Source of the DNA: Candidatus Melainabacteria bacterium 17Bon1m
GTDB lineage: Bacteria; Cyanobacteriota; Vampirovibrionia; Obscuribacterales; Obscuribacteraceae
Assembly (NCBI GenBank): GCA_032128875.1
Contig: JAVLKG010000005.1
Location: 512,001-576,000 of the forward strand
Direction of reading: 5' to 3'
Length of the DNA: 64,000 nucleotides
A program made the position numbers and the translations under genes. The notes beneath the pieces are model-generated. The model was not told the origin of the DNA. It saw only the letters and a list, made by a program, of their open reading frames with translations, and did not search any database. Positions 1-8,827 of this stretch are shown piece by piece. Each line of letters begins with the position of its first letter. Positions within the stretch are counted from its first letter, which is position 1.

Positions 1-342
1 TCGGTAGGCTGGAGCAAGAGAGAGCCTGAGCTTATCGGCAAAGCTCTCGAAAACAGTCTGGCGGTTGTTTCTATCTGGGACGGAGAGCTTCTAATCGCGT
101 TTGCGCGGGCTACTGGCGACAAGGTTTTTAATGCTACTGTCTGGGATGTTGTTGTCCGACCTTCTTATCAGAGGCGCGGGCTGGGACTGCTTGTCATGAA
201 CGAGCTGCTCAAAGAATTGGACACGTATCCAATTCCCTTGGTAACCCTCTACGCCGATCCCGGGACTGATGGTTTTTATAAGCGTTTTGGCTTCTCCTGC
301 GACCCGTCTGGCGTTCGAGGCATGTTCAGAGAGCGCTTCTGA
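1..342 (+). CDS. GNAT N-acetyltransferase (Ycf52/NSI-like), 5'-truncated by window edge
   Basis: Manual frame-1 translation SVGWSKREPELIGKALENSL..FARATGDKVFNATVWDVVVRPSYQRRGLG..VTLYADPGTDGFYKRFGF..*; acetyl-CoA motif A (VxPxYQRRGLG) and FY.R.GF; not in ORF track. Confidence 0.85.
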   Translation, partial: SVGWSKREPELIGKALENSLAVVSIWDGELLIAFARATGDKVFNATVWDVVVRPSYQRRGLGLLVMNELLKELDTYPIPLVTLYADPGTDGFYKRFGFSCDPSGVRGMFRERF

Positions 343-526
343 ACGCTTTGTGGCGCTTGACAATCCCGGGGCAGTTATGCAATTTGGCATCTTCTGTTAA
401 CGGAAGTTTGAAACTTCTGTGTAGCCTGAATATTTCTGGCTTAAGACATGGTAGAGTCATTCACTGCTTGCTAAAACACGCGCCGCAATTGGGCGGGTTG
501 AATTTTGTTTGGGGGATTACGATCGC

Positions 527-1069
527 ATGAAGGTCATATTGCAGCAAAACGTTCCGAAGTTGGGCAAAGCCGGCGACATTGTCGAGGCTTCCAACGGATA
601 TTTCCGCAACTTCTTGCAGCCGCGCTCCCTTGCCGTTCTCGCCACCCCGGGTGCAATGAAGAAACGGGAAGAAGACGTCGAAGTGCTGCGCAAGAAAGCT
701 GAGAAAGCACACCAAGAAGCTCTCGATCTTTGCCAGAAGATCACCGATCAAGCTGTTATTCGCCTTGGCGCTAAAGCTGGCGAAGGCGGCAAGCTCTATG
801 GCAAAGTCACCAATAAAGAAGTTGCCGCGGCAATCCAAAAAGTTTGTGGTGTCGAAGTTGATAAGCGCTTGATCAAGGTTGATGATATCGGCGCCCTTGG
901 CACCTATAAAGTTGTTGTCAAATTGGCTACCGACGCTCAAGCTGAAATCAACATCGAAGTTGTGCAAGAAGGCACAGAAGACAAGCCGTCTAAGCCTGCT
1001 CAACCGGTGGCTGACGCTGAACCTTCCGAAGCTTCTGCTGACGAAGATGAAATGGCTATCGCCGAGTAA
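527..1069 (+). CDS. rplI: 50S ribosomal protein L9 with acidic C-terminal tail
   Basis: MKVILQQNVPKLGKAGDIVEASNGYFRNFL and AGEGGKLYGKVT are L9 signatures; ATG at 527 chosen over TTG 509. Confidence 0.97.
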   Translation: MKVILQQNVPKLGKAGDIVEASNGYFRNFLQPRSLAVLATPGAMKKREEDVEVLRKKAEKAHQEALDLCQKITDQAVIRLGAKAGEGGKLYGKVTNKEVAAAIQKVCGVEVDKRLIKVDDIGALGTYKVVVKLATDAQAEINIEVVQEGTEDKPSKPAQPVADAEPSEASADEDEMAIAE

Positions 1070-1094
1070 TTCTCCCGGTCAGCTCGAAATTATT

Positions 1095-1121
1095 AGCTCC
1101 GCTTCGGCGGAGCTTTTTTTT
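1095..1121 (+). terminator. Rho-independent terminator of rplI
   Basis: AGCTCCGC-TTCG-GCGGAGCT followed by a T run. Confidence 0.93.
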
Positions 1122-1244
1122 CAAGATGACGGACTGTTGAATATCTTGATTTCGCTTGGCATCTTGGCGGCGATTGCACCGTTGGGCGCAGGATTGAAAG
1201 CCGCGCTAAAATGGATTTTAGGAGTGGGCTCTTTTGTTTGATGG

Positions 1245-2252
1245 GTGGATTTTGTGAGCAGCACATTTTTGACCAGGGCTAAGGCGCGCACATTACTTGC
1301 AGCCGCTACTTTAGGTTTATTAGTACTTCCCGCGTGGGCTGCGCCTTCGCAGTCTCAAATTGTCGAAACAATCACTAATGCCAAGATATTGCCGGCATCA
1401 GTGGCACTCAACGCTCGCTATTCAATGGGCGAAGTTTCACTTTACATGTATCGTTCTGCGAAAGTTTCCGACAACGACCTCAAGATCGATTCGGTTCTAA
1501 TTACAAAAACTCTGCGCGACAAATTTGGCGCCGATATAAAAGCTGTTCAACTCAACTTCTACGACAAAGAGAGCAAAGCACAAATTCGTCAGTGCACCGT
1601 CAACCAAACTCACGTCAATAGTTTTGCGGCAAAGCAGATTTCACAACAGCAGCTGATGGACATGCTCACTATTGCCAGGATGAGCGCTGGTGGCGCCAGC
1701 GGTGGTAGCGGCGGCAGTGTAATGAGCGCTTCAAAGCAAGCTGTTTTATCGGCGACTGTCGTTCCTGGATACGAGCAAAGAAAGCGCGAAATGACGCTTT
1801 TAAAAATCAAGGATTTGGCGGAGAAAGATGGTAATTACCAAGAAATTTTCAACATGTTCAAACAGATGGAAGCCCTTGTCACTGCCGGACAGGTGAATTC
1901 AGTTGCCACTCTGTACAACGATATCGAGACGAAGATCCTTGTTGAGGCTGCAAGAGCTGACGAGAAAGGGCGGAGTGCGTTGATGGCGTCGCAGGCTCGT
2001 CGCAATCAAGCACTTGCTCAATCAAGTATTCTCAGCTACAGCCCGCCTTGGGGTTTTGGGTTGTGGCGCCGCACTGCTATTTGGAATGCAATAAAACGTC
2101 TCAATGAAAAGGGGAATGATGTCAGCTCATATCTCGTTGCGCTGAGAGAAACAGTGGATGCGCCCCTAAGCAGGGGAGACAACGAATCCGTCAAGGTCGG
2201 AGTCATGAGACTAGAGCAATCGCTGGGCCTTCCGGGTAGTTATACCTGGTAG
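1245..2252 (+). CDS. Exported hypothetical protein with two related helical C-terminal repeats
   Basis: Signal peptide ending LPAWA; Gly/Ser linker; two segments of pattern P.G....R......I..L.EK.(G)N. Confidence 0.8.
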   Translation: MDFVSSTFLTRAKARTLLAAATLGLLVLPAWAAPSQSQIVETITNAKILPASVALNARYSMGEVSLYMYRSAKVSDNDLKIDSVLITKTLRDKFGADIKAVQLNFYDKESKAQIRQCTVNQTHVNSFAAKQISQQQLMDMLTIARMSAGGASGGSGGSVMSASKQAVLSATVVPGYEQRKREMTLLKIKDLAEKDGNYQEIFNMFKQMEALVTAGQVNSVATLYNDIETKILVEAARADEKGRSALMASQARRNQALAQSSILSYSPPWGFGLWRRTAIWNAIKRLNEKGNDVSSYLVALRETVDAPLSRGDNESVKVGVMRLEQSLGLPGSYTW

Positions 2253-2322
2253 GTATATCGTCCAAGTACTTCGCGACTGGAGACTAGAACTGTCGAGCCA
2301 ATCTCTACTTAAGGTCATTGAC

Positions 2323-3000
2323 ATGAGCCGGAAGATGGGTGGGCAGCTGATCCTAACATCGGTCAACTTTGAGGTTGCAGCGGGCCGGATCCTGGCGATC
2401 ATCGGCCCGAATGGCGCCGGGAAAACAACTCTCATGGAGTGTGTTTCCGGACTGCAGCCACATCAAGGACGTGTGGAACTGAATGGCAAAGATGTCGCAG
2501 CCGATGCTCGTTATCAGTTCATCTTTTACCAACCAGACCAGGTTTTGCCCTATCCTGACCATGGCGTCTATTCCACATTAGCCTTCTTCCAATCGATGCT
2601 TCTTGCTTCAAAAGCGCGTCTTGACGAGATAATCGAACGTTTGAAATTGGAAAGCGTGCTCTCAAAGTCAGTCAAGGAATTGTCCCGCGGTTATCAAAAG
2701 CGCCTACTCATCGCAATCGGGCTTCTTTCTGCTGCACCAATTCTGCTCCTTGATGAACCTTTTGAAGGTTTGGACATCAAGCAAACTAAAGAAGTCGTTA
2801 GCATTTTGCAGGATGAAAAGGCTAAAGGTAGAACGCTTATTCTTTCCATTCACCAGATTGTCGACGCACAAAGAATTGCTGATGAATTCCTGTTGATCGC
2901 TCAAGGAAAGATACTCGGCAGTGGAACACTAGGACAACTGCAAGAGCAATCCGGGATTTCATCGGGAAGTTTGGAGGACGTTTTCGTCGCCTTAACGTGA
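2323..3000 (+). CDS. ABC-2 type transporter ATP-binding protein
   Basis: Walker A GPNGAGKTT, signature LSRGYQKR, Walker B LLLDEP, H-loop SIH; start could be ~30 nt upstream. Confidence 0.93.
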   Translation: MSRKMGGQLILTSVNFEVAAGRILAIIGPNGAGKTTLMECVSGLQPHQGRVELNGKDVAADARYQFIFYQPDQVLPYPDHGVYSTLAFFQSMLLASKARLDEIIERLKLESVLSKSVKELSRGYQKRLLIAIGLLSAAPILLLDEPFEGLDIKQTKEVVSILQDEKAKGRTLILSIHQIVDAQRIADEFLLIAQGKILGSGTLGQLQEQSGISSGSLEDVFVALT

Positions 3001-4337
3001 GCAAAACCACTATCAATTTCACGATGTTGAACGCACTGTTTCTCAAGGAATTGAGAGAATTGGCAGCTACGCGTTCTTTCTGGGTGATGCTTTTGGTTCT
3101 TTGCCCACTTGTGGGTTTCAGCTTTATTGAAGCGGTTTTTCTATATGCTCATGCGGGCGAATCGATCATGGGCGATGACATTTTAATGGCACGATTGAGT
3201 CCGTTAGATGGGATCGTCGTGCCGACTTTCAGCGCTCTTTATTTAAGCGAGGTTTTTCTCTTTCCCTTCGTGGCGATTAGATTGTTGGGAGTGGAAAGGC
3301 AGTTTGGCTCAATCAAATTGCTGAATCAAATCTGCCCATGGATTGGGGTTTCACTTGCTGTAAAGCTCGTCGTGGTAATGCTTGCATATCTCGCTTCCTT
3401 TCTGCCTGCCCTGACGGCGCTTGCCGTATGGCGTCACTTGGGCGGCTACTTGCATATTCAAGAAGTGTCGATTCTCTTGTTGGGTCATTTCTTGTTCGCT
3501 TTATTAATTGCTTCGATAGCATTTTTTGCAGTGGCCATTACAGACTCTCCGCAAACCGCAGCAATTGTCACTCTTGCCTTCACAATTTCTTCCTGGGTTC
3601 TAGAATTTGCAGGACAAAATCAGAGTACGCTGAATGCCATCAGCTGGCTTTCCATGACTGCTCATTTGCGGTTATTCGAAGCAGGGTTGTTCAGTTTGCA
3701 AACGTTGTTAGGTTTTTTGATTGCATCGGCAAGCTTTGTTGCGTTGGCGGCTATTTGGTTGAGAGCTGCAGATGACCTCGCCGGAAAGTTCAAGCATTCC
3801 TCCATACTGGCAGTTTTTGTCGGCATACTCGCCGTCGCCACGTCACAAGCCTTTTACTACAAAGACTTCAGTGAAAATCGTGAGAATTCATTTCATCCGC
3901 GCAACGAAGCTGAGTTGCGTAAGCTGAATAAGCCTCTTGTGATGACCATTCACCTGAGCCCAGATGATTCGATTGCTGTAGATTTCGAAAAGGAATTTTT
4001 GAGCAAGTTGAAACGCGTCGTGAGAGACGTAAAAATTGTTTATGAGCTGCCTAAAGATCCGGGACCGTCCGGGCAGGAGGACCCCAACTATGGTCTCATC
4101 ACCTACGATTACGGCGGTGGGCGGCTGACAAGTCATGATGTCGGCGCCAGGAGAGCCCTCGAGGTATTGCATATACTCACGGGTGCGGTCCTTGAAGGTG
4201 AGGTCGATTCGCCCTATCCAGGACACCCCATAAGGGCAGATGCCAGCAATTACAGAATATTGTTTTATGTAATTATGCCGGTTGGCATTATCTTGCTGTG
4301 GATCGGCTCGCAGAAAATACTCAAACGCAAGAGGTAG
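2997..4337 (+). CDS. ABC-2 permease fused to GldG-like extracytoplasmic domain
   Basis: LFLKELREL start, multiple TM helices, ER..GSI.LL motif, DFSENRENSF GldG-like segment, C-terminal TM; overlaps ATPase stop. Confidence 0.85.
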   Translation: MSKTTINFTMLNALFLKELRELAATRSFWVMLLVLCPLVGFSFIEAVFLYAHAGESIMGDDILMARLSPLDGIVVPTFSALYLSEVFLFPFVAIRLLGVERQFGSIKLLNQICPWIGVSLAVKLVVVMLAYLASFLPALTALAVWRHLGGYLHIQEVSILLLGHFLFALLIASIAFFAVAITDSPQTAAIVTLAFTISSWVLEFAGQNQSTLNAISWLSMTAHLRLFEAGLFSLQTLLGFLIASASFVALAAIWLRAADDLAGKFKHSSILAVFVGILAVATSQAFYYKDFSENRENSFHPRNEAELRKLNKPLVMTIHLSPDDSIAVDFEKEFLSKLKRVVRDVKIVYELPKDPGPSGQEDPNYGLITYDYGGGRLTSHDVGARRALEVLHILTGAVLEGEVDSPYPGHPIRADASNYRILFYVIMPVGIILLWIGSQKILKRKR

Positions 4338-4346
4338 AGGCTTATT

Positions 4347-5114
4347 ATGTTTGGATTCGCTGGGCTCAGTGGTCGTAAGAAGACGCATTTGTCGGCGTCT
4401 TTGTTGGTATTGCTTGCGGTGTCATGGTCCGGGCTTTTAACACCTCACAAAATACAATGTCTGGCCGCTGGCGGCGTAATCAAAGAGGACTTTGAAAAGG
4501 AAAAGGTTGGTGCCGAGCCGAAATCATTTGCTTCTCTGGTCGGCGATTGGTATGTGACTGAAGACAAAGGCGCCAAGGTCTATTCCGTCGACGGCAGGAA
4601 ATGGTCAAAAGGCAAAGTAGCCTCGGGTGTTGCAGATAAATCCAGAGCGATTTACGGAGATCGATATGCGGAGTTTCTGGATAGGGTTCAAGCTTTCGCC
4701 TATTTTCCTTTGACTATATATAAGCCTGTCGACAATTTTAAAAATGGAGAGATCTCTTTTCGCTTCAAAGGGATGGCTGGTCGAATAGATCAGTGTGCTG
4801 GTATCGCTTTCAATATCAAGCCCAACGGTGACTATCTCATCTTCAGAGCCAACTGCTTGGAGAACAACATCGTATTGTGGAAATATGTGCAAGGAAAGCG
4901 CAGTCCGGTCAAATGGGCATATCGCATCATCACTCCGCCGGGACAGTGGTTTACACTAACAATGAATGTACACGGCAAAAAGATTCTCGGAAGTTTGAAC
5001 GGTAAACAAGTTTTCGACTTTGACAATCCCGATCCTATTGATGGAAAAATTGGTCTCTGGTCAAAGGCTGACAGCGTCGTTTATTTCGATGATTTTACGG
5101 TGAAGAAAGAATGA
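4347..5114 (+). CDS. Exported beta-sandwich (DUF1080/concanavalin-like) protein
   Basis: Signal peptide; AGIAF, W.TL...V.G..I...LNGK, GKIGLWSKADSVVYFDDF typical of DUF1080-like folds. Confidence 0.7.
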   Translation: MFGFAGLSGRKKTHLSASLLVLLAVSWSGLLTPHKIQCLAAGGVIKEDFEKEKVGAEPKSFASLVGDWYVTEDKGAKVYSVDGRKWSKGKVASGVADKSRAIYGDRYAEFLDRVQAFAYFPLTIYKPVDNFKNGEISFRFKGMAGRIDQCAGIAFNIKPNGDYLIFRANCLENNIVLWKYVQGKRSPVKWAYRIITPPGQWFTLTMNVHGKKILGSLNGKQVFDFDNPDPIDGKIGLWSKADSVVYFDDFTVKKE

Positions 5115-5860
5115 GTTTAATGACCTCAGGAAATTTAGCAAGAGCGATATCGCCGCTCCTTTTGCTCATTGCGCTCACTTCTTGCACCAAGCAAGAAAAG
5201 AATCCCATTTCAATTACCGTAGATCCGCCGCGGGTGAAGATCGAGAAGAAAAAAGTTGAGACTCAAAAGAAAGATTTCGATGCCGCAGAGCACGAAATTG
5301 CGCAGACTGATTGGATTTACAGCATCGTTCCTAAATTGGCATTTTCCATAAAGGAAAAGAAACAAGAAAAGACAAGCTATACCCTCTCTTTGGTGGTGAC
5401 AGGCGTAGAGATCAAATTGGGATTGCCCATCACGACAAAGATTTATGAAAGCGCGCCTCAATATGTCATCGATCATGAAAATGGACATGTGAAAATTTGC
5501 ACTCGAATCTACGATAATGCCCGCGCTATCGCGCAAAAGGCCGCACAGGAAGTTGTGGGCAAAACGTACGTAGGCTCAGGAAGTGATGAAAAACAAGCAC
5601 TGAGCAGTGCCCTGCAGATGGCTGCCCAGGATATTGCTGCACCATACAGAGTAAGCACCGTGGCTTACGCTGATGCTGTTTCTTCCAACTACGATCAGCT
5701 ATGCGAGAAAGAAGATCGCAGAAAGCTAGTTGAAAAAACTATTGATGAAGCTTTTGATGCTGTCAAAAAAGAAGAGCAGAAACAGAATGAAGCGCAGAAC
5801 CTCCAAGGAACGCAGGCTTCTTCTGATACCAGCTCAAAGCCGGCAGAGAGCAATAAATAA
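5111..5860 (+). CDS. Lipoprotein with HExxH motif (DUF922-like putative Zn peptidase)
   Basis: Lipobox LTSC; VIDHENGHVKI. Confidence 0.65.
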   Translation: MSLMTSGNLARAISPLLLLIALTSCTKQEKNPISITVDPPRVKIEKKKVETQKKDFDAAEHEIAQTDWIYSIVPKLAFSIKEKKQEKTSYTLSLVVTGVEIKLGLPITTKIYESAPQYVIDHENGHVKICTRIYDNARAIAQKAAQEVVGKTYVGSGSDEKQALSSALQMAAQDIAAPYRVSTVAYADAVSSNYDQLCEKEDRRKLVEKTIDEAFDAVKKEEQKQNEAQNLQGTQASSDTSSKPAESNK

Positions 5861-5984
5861 GCAATTCTACGTGTGTGCAGCGGCGCCGCAAAACACCTAT
5901 ATACAGCGAAAGAGCCAGGTACGCCTGGCTCTTTTACCGTCCCGAGTTAGGGGATCATCGTTGTGCGTTTGGTGAGTTAAGTCC

Positions 5985-7904
5985 TTATTTCTTTATGTGT
6001 CCTTCCTTTGTAGGTGTCGCTTCGTTTGCCATTTCTACGCGGAAGCGTATTGTGCATGCGACGCCGTTTTGCAGGTATGTTGGAGGCATAATTCCGCTCG
6101 CGGGCGATGCTGCGGTGTACGGGAAGTTTAGTCCGATAATGCCTGGTTCTGCAAAGTCGTTCAGTGCATAAACCGGTTGTGGGGTTGTAGCAACTGTTCC
6201 ACCTTTCTTGTGATTGGCTCCGGAGCCCATAGCTCCAAGGTCACCCATGTTTGCTGTGCCGTTGGTGCCGTTCATGGCGATTGCGGAATCAGGAAGACCT
6301 TCCGGCAAGCAAGCAATCCATTTTTCTCCGACTGCGCAAGCCATGTTGCTGCCTGAGGGAACCGGCAAGGGTTGACCAGCGTGCTGACCACCATATACCT
6401 CGCCCCACTTGCGGCACTGATCTTTCATATACAGCGCCCAGGGGGAAGACTTATTACCGGTGCTCGCGTCAATTTCGTCCATCGCGTCTCCGCATTCCAT
6501 ATAGAGTTGGTTTTCGGAAACTGCAAGATATGGTTCTTTCGTAGCCACAGCGGTCGCTAGAACAATGTTGCCATTGGCATCAATTTGCCACTTGTAGAGA
6601 GTATTGGCCTTGAACTTTCCTCCAGGAATTCCAGCGCCGTTAATGAATGCGACTACCGAGTCGATGTTCACTTTGTGTCCACCTAGTCTCAGCCAGTCGA
6701 AGACGGCTGCTGCAAGGCCATTAGCTGGGGGCACTGTTGATGAGCCGAGAGATGTGTCGGATACGAGAGTGCCGGTGCTACCTGGTCCGTTATAGTCGCC
6801 ACCTTTTGGTGTCATCATATCTGCCGGGTTGGTGCTGTTAGTCAACTGAGTTTGATTGAGCCAATCAGATGGTCTTTCCATAGAAACCGGCACCTGCCCA
6901 TCTATACCTGGGTCGTATATGTTTGTGCCAGGTGCTACTCTAGGGTCGGTGTTGCAGAAGGTCTGGGCACAAGCGATCGCGTGTGTGATACCAGCTGCTT
7001 TTGACGTGTCACCATTTTTGAAGAGTTTTTGATCAGCTTCGGCCAGCACTACAGCAGGTACGCTGTAGGGTAAGCCTAAATTTGTTTTGAATTTCTTTGG
7101 GTCGATCAACTTCATTGTTGAGCCGGTCCCCGTGAAGATGAAGTCTTTCCCTCCGTACGGATAGTTAGTGTATGACATGTATTTGCCATTCTGAACAGGA
7201 GCGCCACCAAGAGAAGCCTTCGAGGTGGGGTTTGGCACACCTACAGTGGTTTCGCTACCGTTTTGGACGCAGCCGAGAGTTAGTTTAAGAGAGCCGTTTA
7301 CGTATGACGATTCAGACTTCCTCACGTCGTTCTGTTTGTATGCTTGCTCAGCACTCGTGTACGGTGTGACAAGCACGCCGTTGATGTCTTTAGCGAGCGG
7401 GTCGCCGCCAGGCAAGATCGAACTTTGCAGTACTGCGGTAAGTGCAGCTTGAGACTTCATTGCTGCCGCGTAGTCTTGGTCTGCAAGCATCTTCCACGTA
7501 TTCATGGAAGGAGGATTTCCAGTGGCTGTTGAAACTTGGTCAGCCAGAATCATGTCAAGGCGAATGGTAGCGAGGATGGTGTTGATACTATAAACAGTTT
7601 GGAACAGTCCATCCGGTGCTTTAGTCATTGTTCCGGTGGGAGCGTAGTCTGACAAGCTGACCCATCCAAAATGGTCGTCTTTAATGACGATACGACCAAT
7701 ATCTTTAGCCGCTGCAAGAGATGCAGCTTCGATGGCAGTTTTCTGTTCCTGGTTGCCGCCCAAGAGCCTTGTGTAGGCTAGAGCGAACAGGAGCAGTGCC
7801 AACAGCAAGCCGCCACAGATCGCGCCGACTAGCGCAATCATGTTGCCGCGTTGCTGTCTGCCTTGCGGCACAACTGGCAATTGGCCCCTCTTAGTTTTTC
7901 GCAT
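5985..7904 (-). CDS. TadG-like pilus-associated protein (Tad N-terminal domain)
   Basis: Basic leader, QRG/NMIALV prepilin-like site, hydrophobic helix, QKTAIEAASLAAA (Tad Q.AADAAALAAA pattern). Confidence 0.75.
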   Translation of the reverse strand: MRKTKRGQLPVVPQGRQQRGNMIALVGAICGGLLLALLLFALAYTRLLGGNQEQKTAIEAASLAAAKDIGRIVIKDDHFGWVSLSDYAPTGTMTKAPDGLFQTVYSINTILATIRLDMILADQVSTATGNPPSMNTWKMLADQDYAAAMKSQAALTAVLQSSILPGGDPLAKDINGVLVTPYTSAEQAYKQNDVRKSESSYVNGSLKLTLGCVQNGSETTVGVPNPTSKASLGGAPVQNGKYMSYTNYPYGGKDFIFTGTGSTMKLIDPKKFKTNLGLPYSVPAVVLAEADQKLFKNGDTSKAAGITHAIACAQTFCNTDPRVAPGTNIYDPGIDGQVPVSMERPSDWLNQTQLTNSTNPADMMTPKGGDYNGPGSTGTLVSDTSLGSSTVPPANGLAAAVFDWLRLGGHKVNIDSVVAFINGAGIPGGKFKANTLYKWQIDANGNIVLATAVATKEPYLAVSENQLYMECGDAMDEIDASTGNKSSPWALYMKDQCRKWGEVYGGQHAGQPLPVPSGSNMACAVGEKWIACLPEGLPDSAIAMNGTNGTANMGDLGAMGSGANHKKGGTVATTPQPVYALNDFAEPGIIGLNFPYTAASPASGIMPPTYLQNGVACTIRFRVEMANEATPTKEGHIKK

Positions 7905-8021
7905 TTGTCATCACCTGTTGAGTTCGATTGGTGAAAAGTAGGTCCGAGTAATAAGGCTGGAAAGCTTATTGATAAGGCATCAACCTGGCATGAATTGGCC
8001 TGACTTCCGCCGCATGCTACA

Positions 8022-8051
8022 AGCTTAACTTTCGCTCAGGCGTGCTGTCAA
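8022..8051 (-). promoter_or_regulatory. Putative sigma70 promoter for the TadG-like gene
   Basis: Minus strand TTGACA-N18-TAAGCT about 120 nt upstream of the start. Confidence 0.5.
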
Positions 8052-8359
8052 GAATCCCCCGCGAGGGGGAGAGCCTCGCGTAGATAGGGTTTTGGGGTTT
8101 TGAGATAGCCCCAAAAATAGACTTTGTTGACAAGTTTTGGCTTTGCGACTGCGTCTTGATAAATTTATGCATGAATCGCAAATGGAGAAACCCCGTTTGG
8201 GGGATGGATTCGAAACCTTTTAAAACAGCTCGCGTGCACTCGGACGTTTCTTTTAAAACTGCCAAATTGCGAAATCAAATGCCCAATTTCATCAAATACA
8301 GAGAACACTAACTTCAAAAATTGATGGAACGCCGGCGATTTTATGATAGAAAAGCCAAT

Positions 8360-8713
8360 ATGAGATTCTGTGCTCACGCCCTATTTCTGCCGACCTTTCT
8401 TTTCATAGTCGCTCAGATAGTTTCTATCTGCGGTGCGTTTGAAACGCTCGCAGCCTATGACGCTGACGGCATAAATGACATGAGCCTCGAGGACATTGTC
8501 TTTATTGATCCATTTCTTAGATCTCATTCCGATACCAAGACCGTAGTAATTTTTCGAACGATAAGTTCTGGTGGTTTGATATCACTGATAAAGCTTTGTC
8601 TGCCTGTCTTATTGAACGAACCGGTTCAAACGCTACAAGAAAGACCGGCTCGAATTGCATATCGAGAGCCACCAGACAATTTGTGGTTGTCGAATAGAGT
8701 TCTTAGAATTTAA
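8360..8713 (+). CDS. Small membrane-anchored protein upstream of the RND pump (possible leader ORF)
   Basis: N-terminal hydrophobic helix; C-terminus YREPPDNLWLSNRVLRI; start uncertain (8321/8324/8360). Confidence 0.55.
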   Translation: MRFCAHALFLPTFLFIVAQIVSICGAFETLAAYDADGINDMSLEDIVFIDPFLRSHSDTKTVVIFRTISSGGLISLIKLCLPVLLNEPVQTLQERPARIAYREPPDNLWLSNRVLRI

Positions 8714-8827
8714 ACGCGACTAGTAAATATTGAACGTCCTCACCAGACGCCGTTTTCGGTCTGGCGATGTGCGCAACTGTGCAGTCATTGATGCGCGGGC
8801 GCGGAGTCTGTATTTGTAGGTATCAAC

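Noticed and set aside
8052..8220. Riboswitch or tRNA remnant in the TadG/czcA divergent region
   Set aside because: G/C-run hairpins and a GATTCGAAACC string are present, but no cloverleaf or c-di-GMP aptamer consensus could be built
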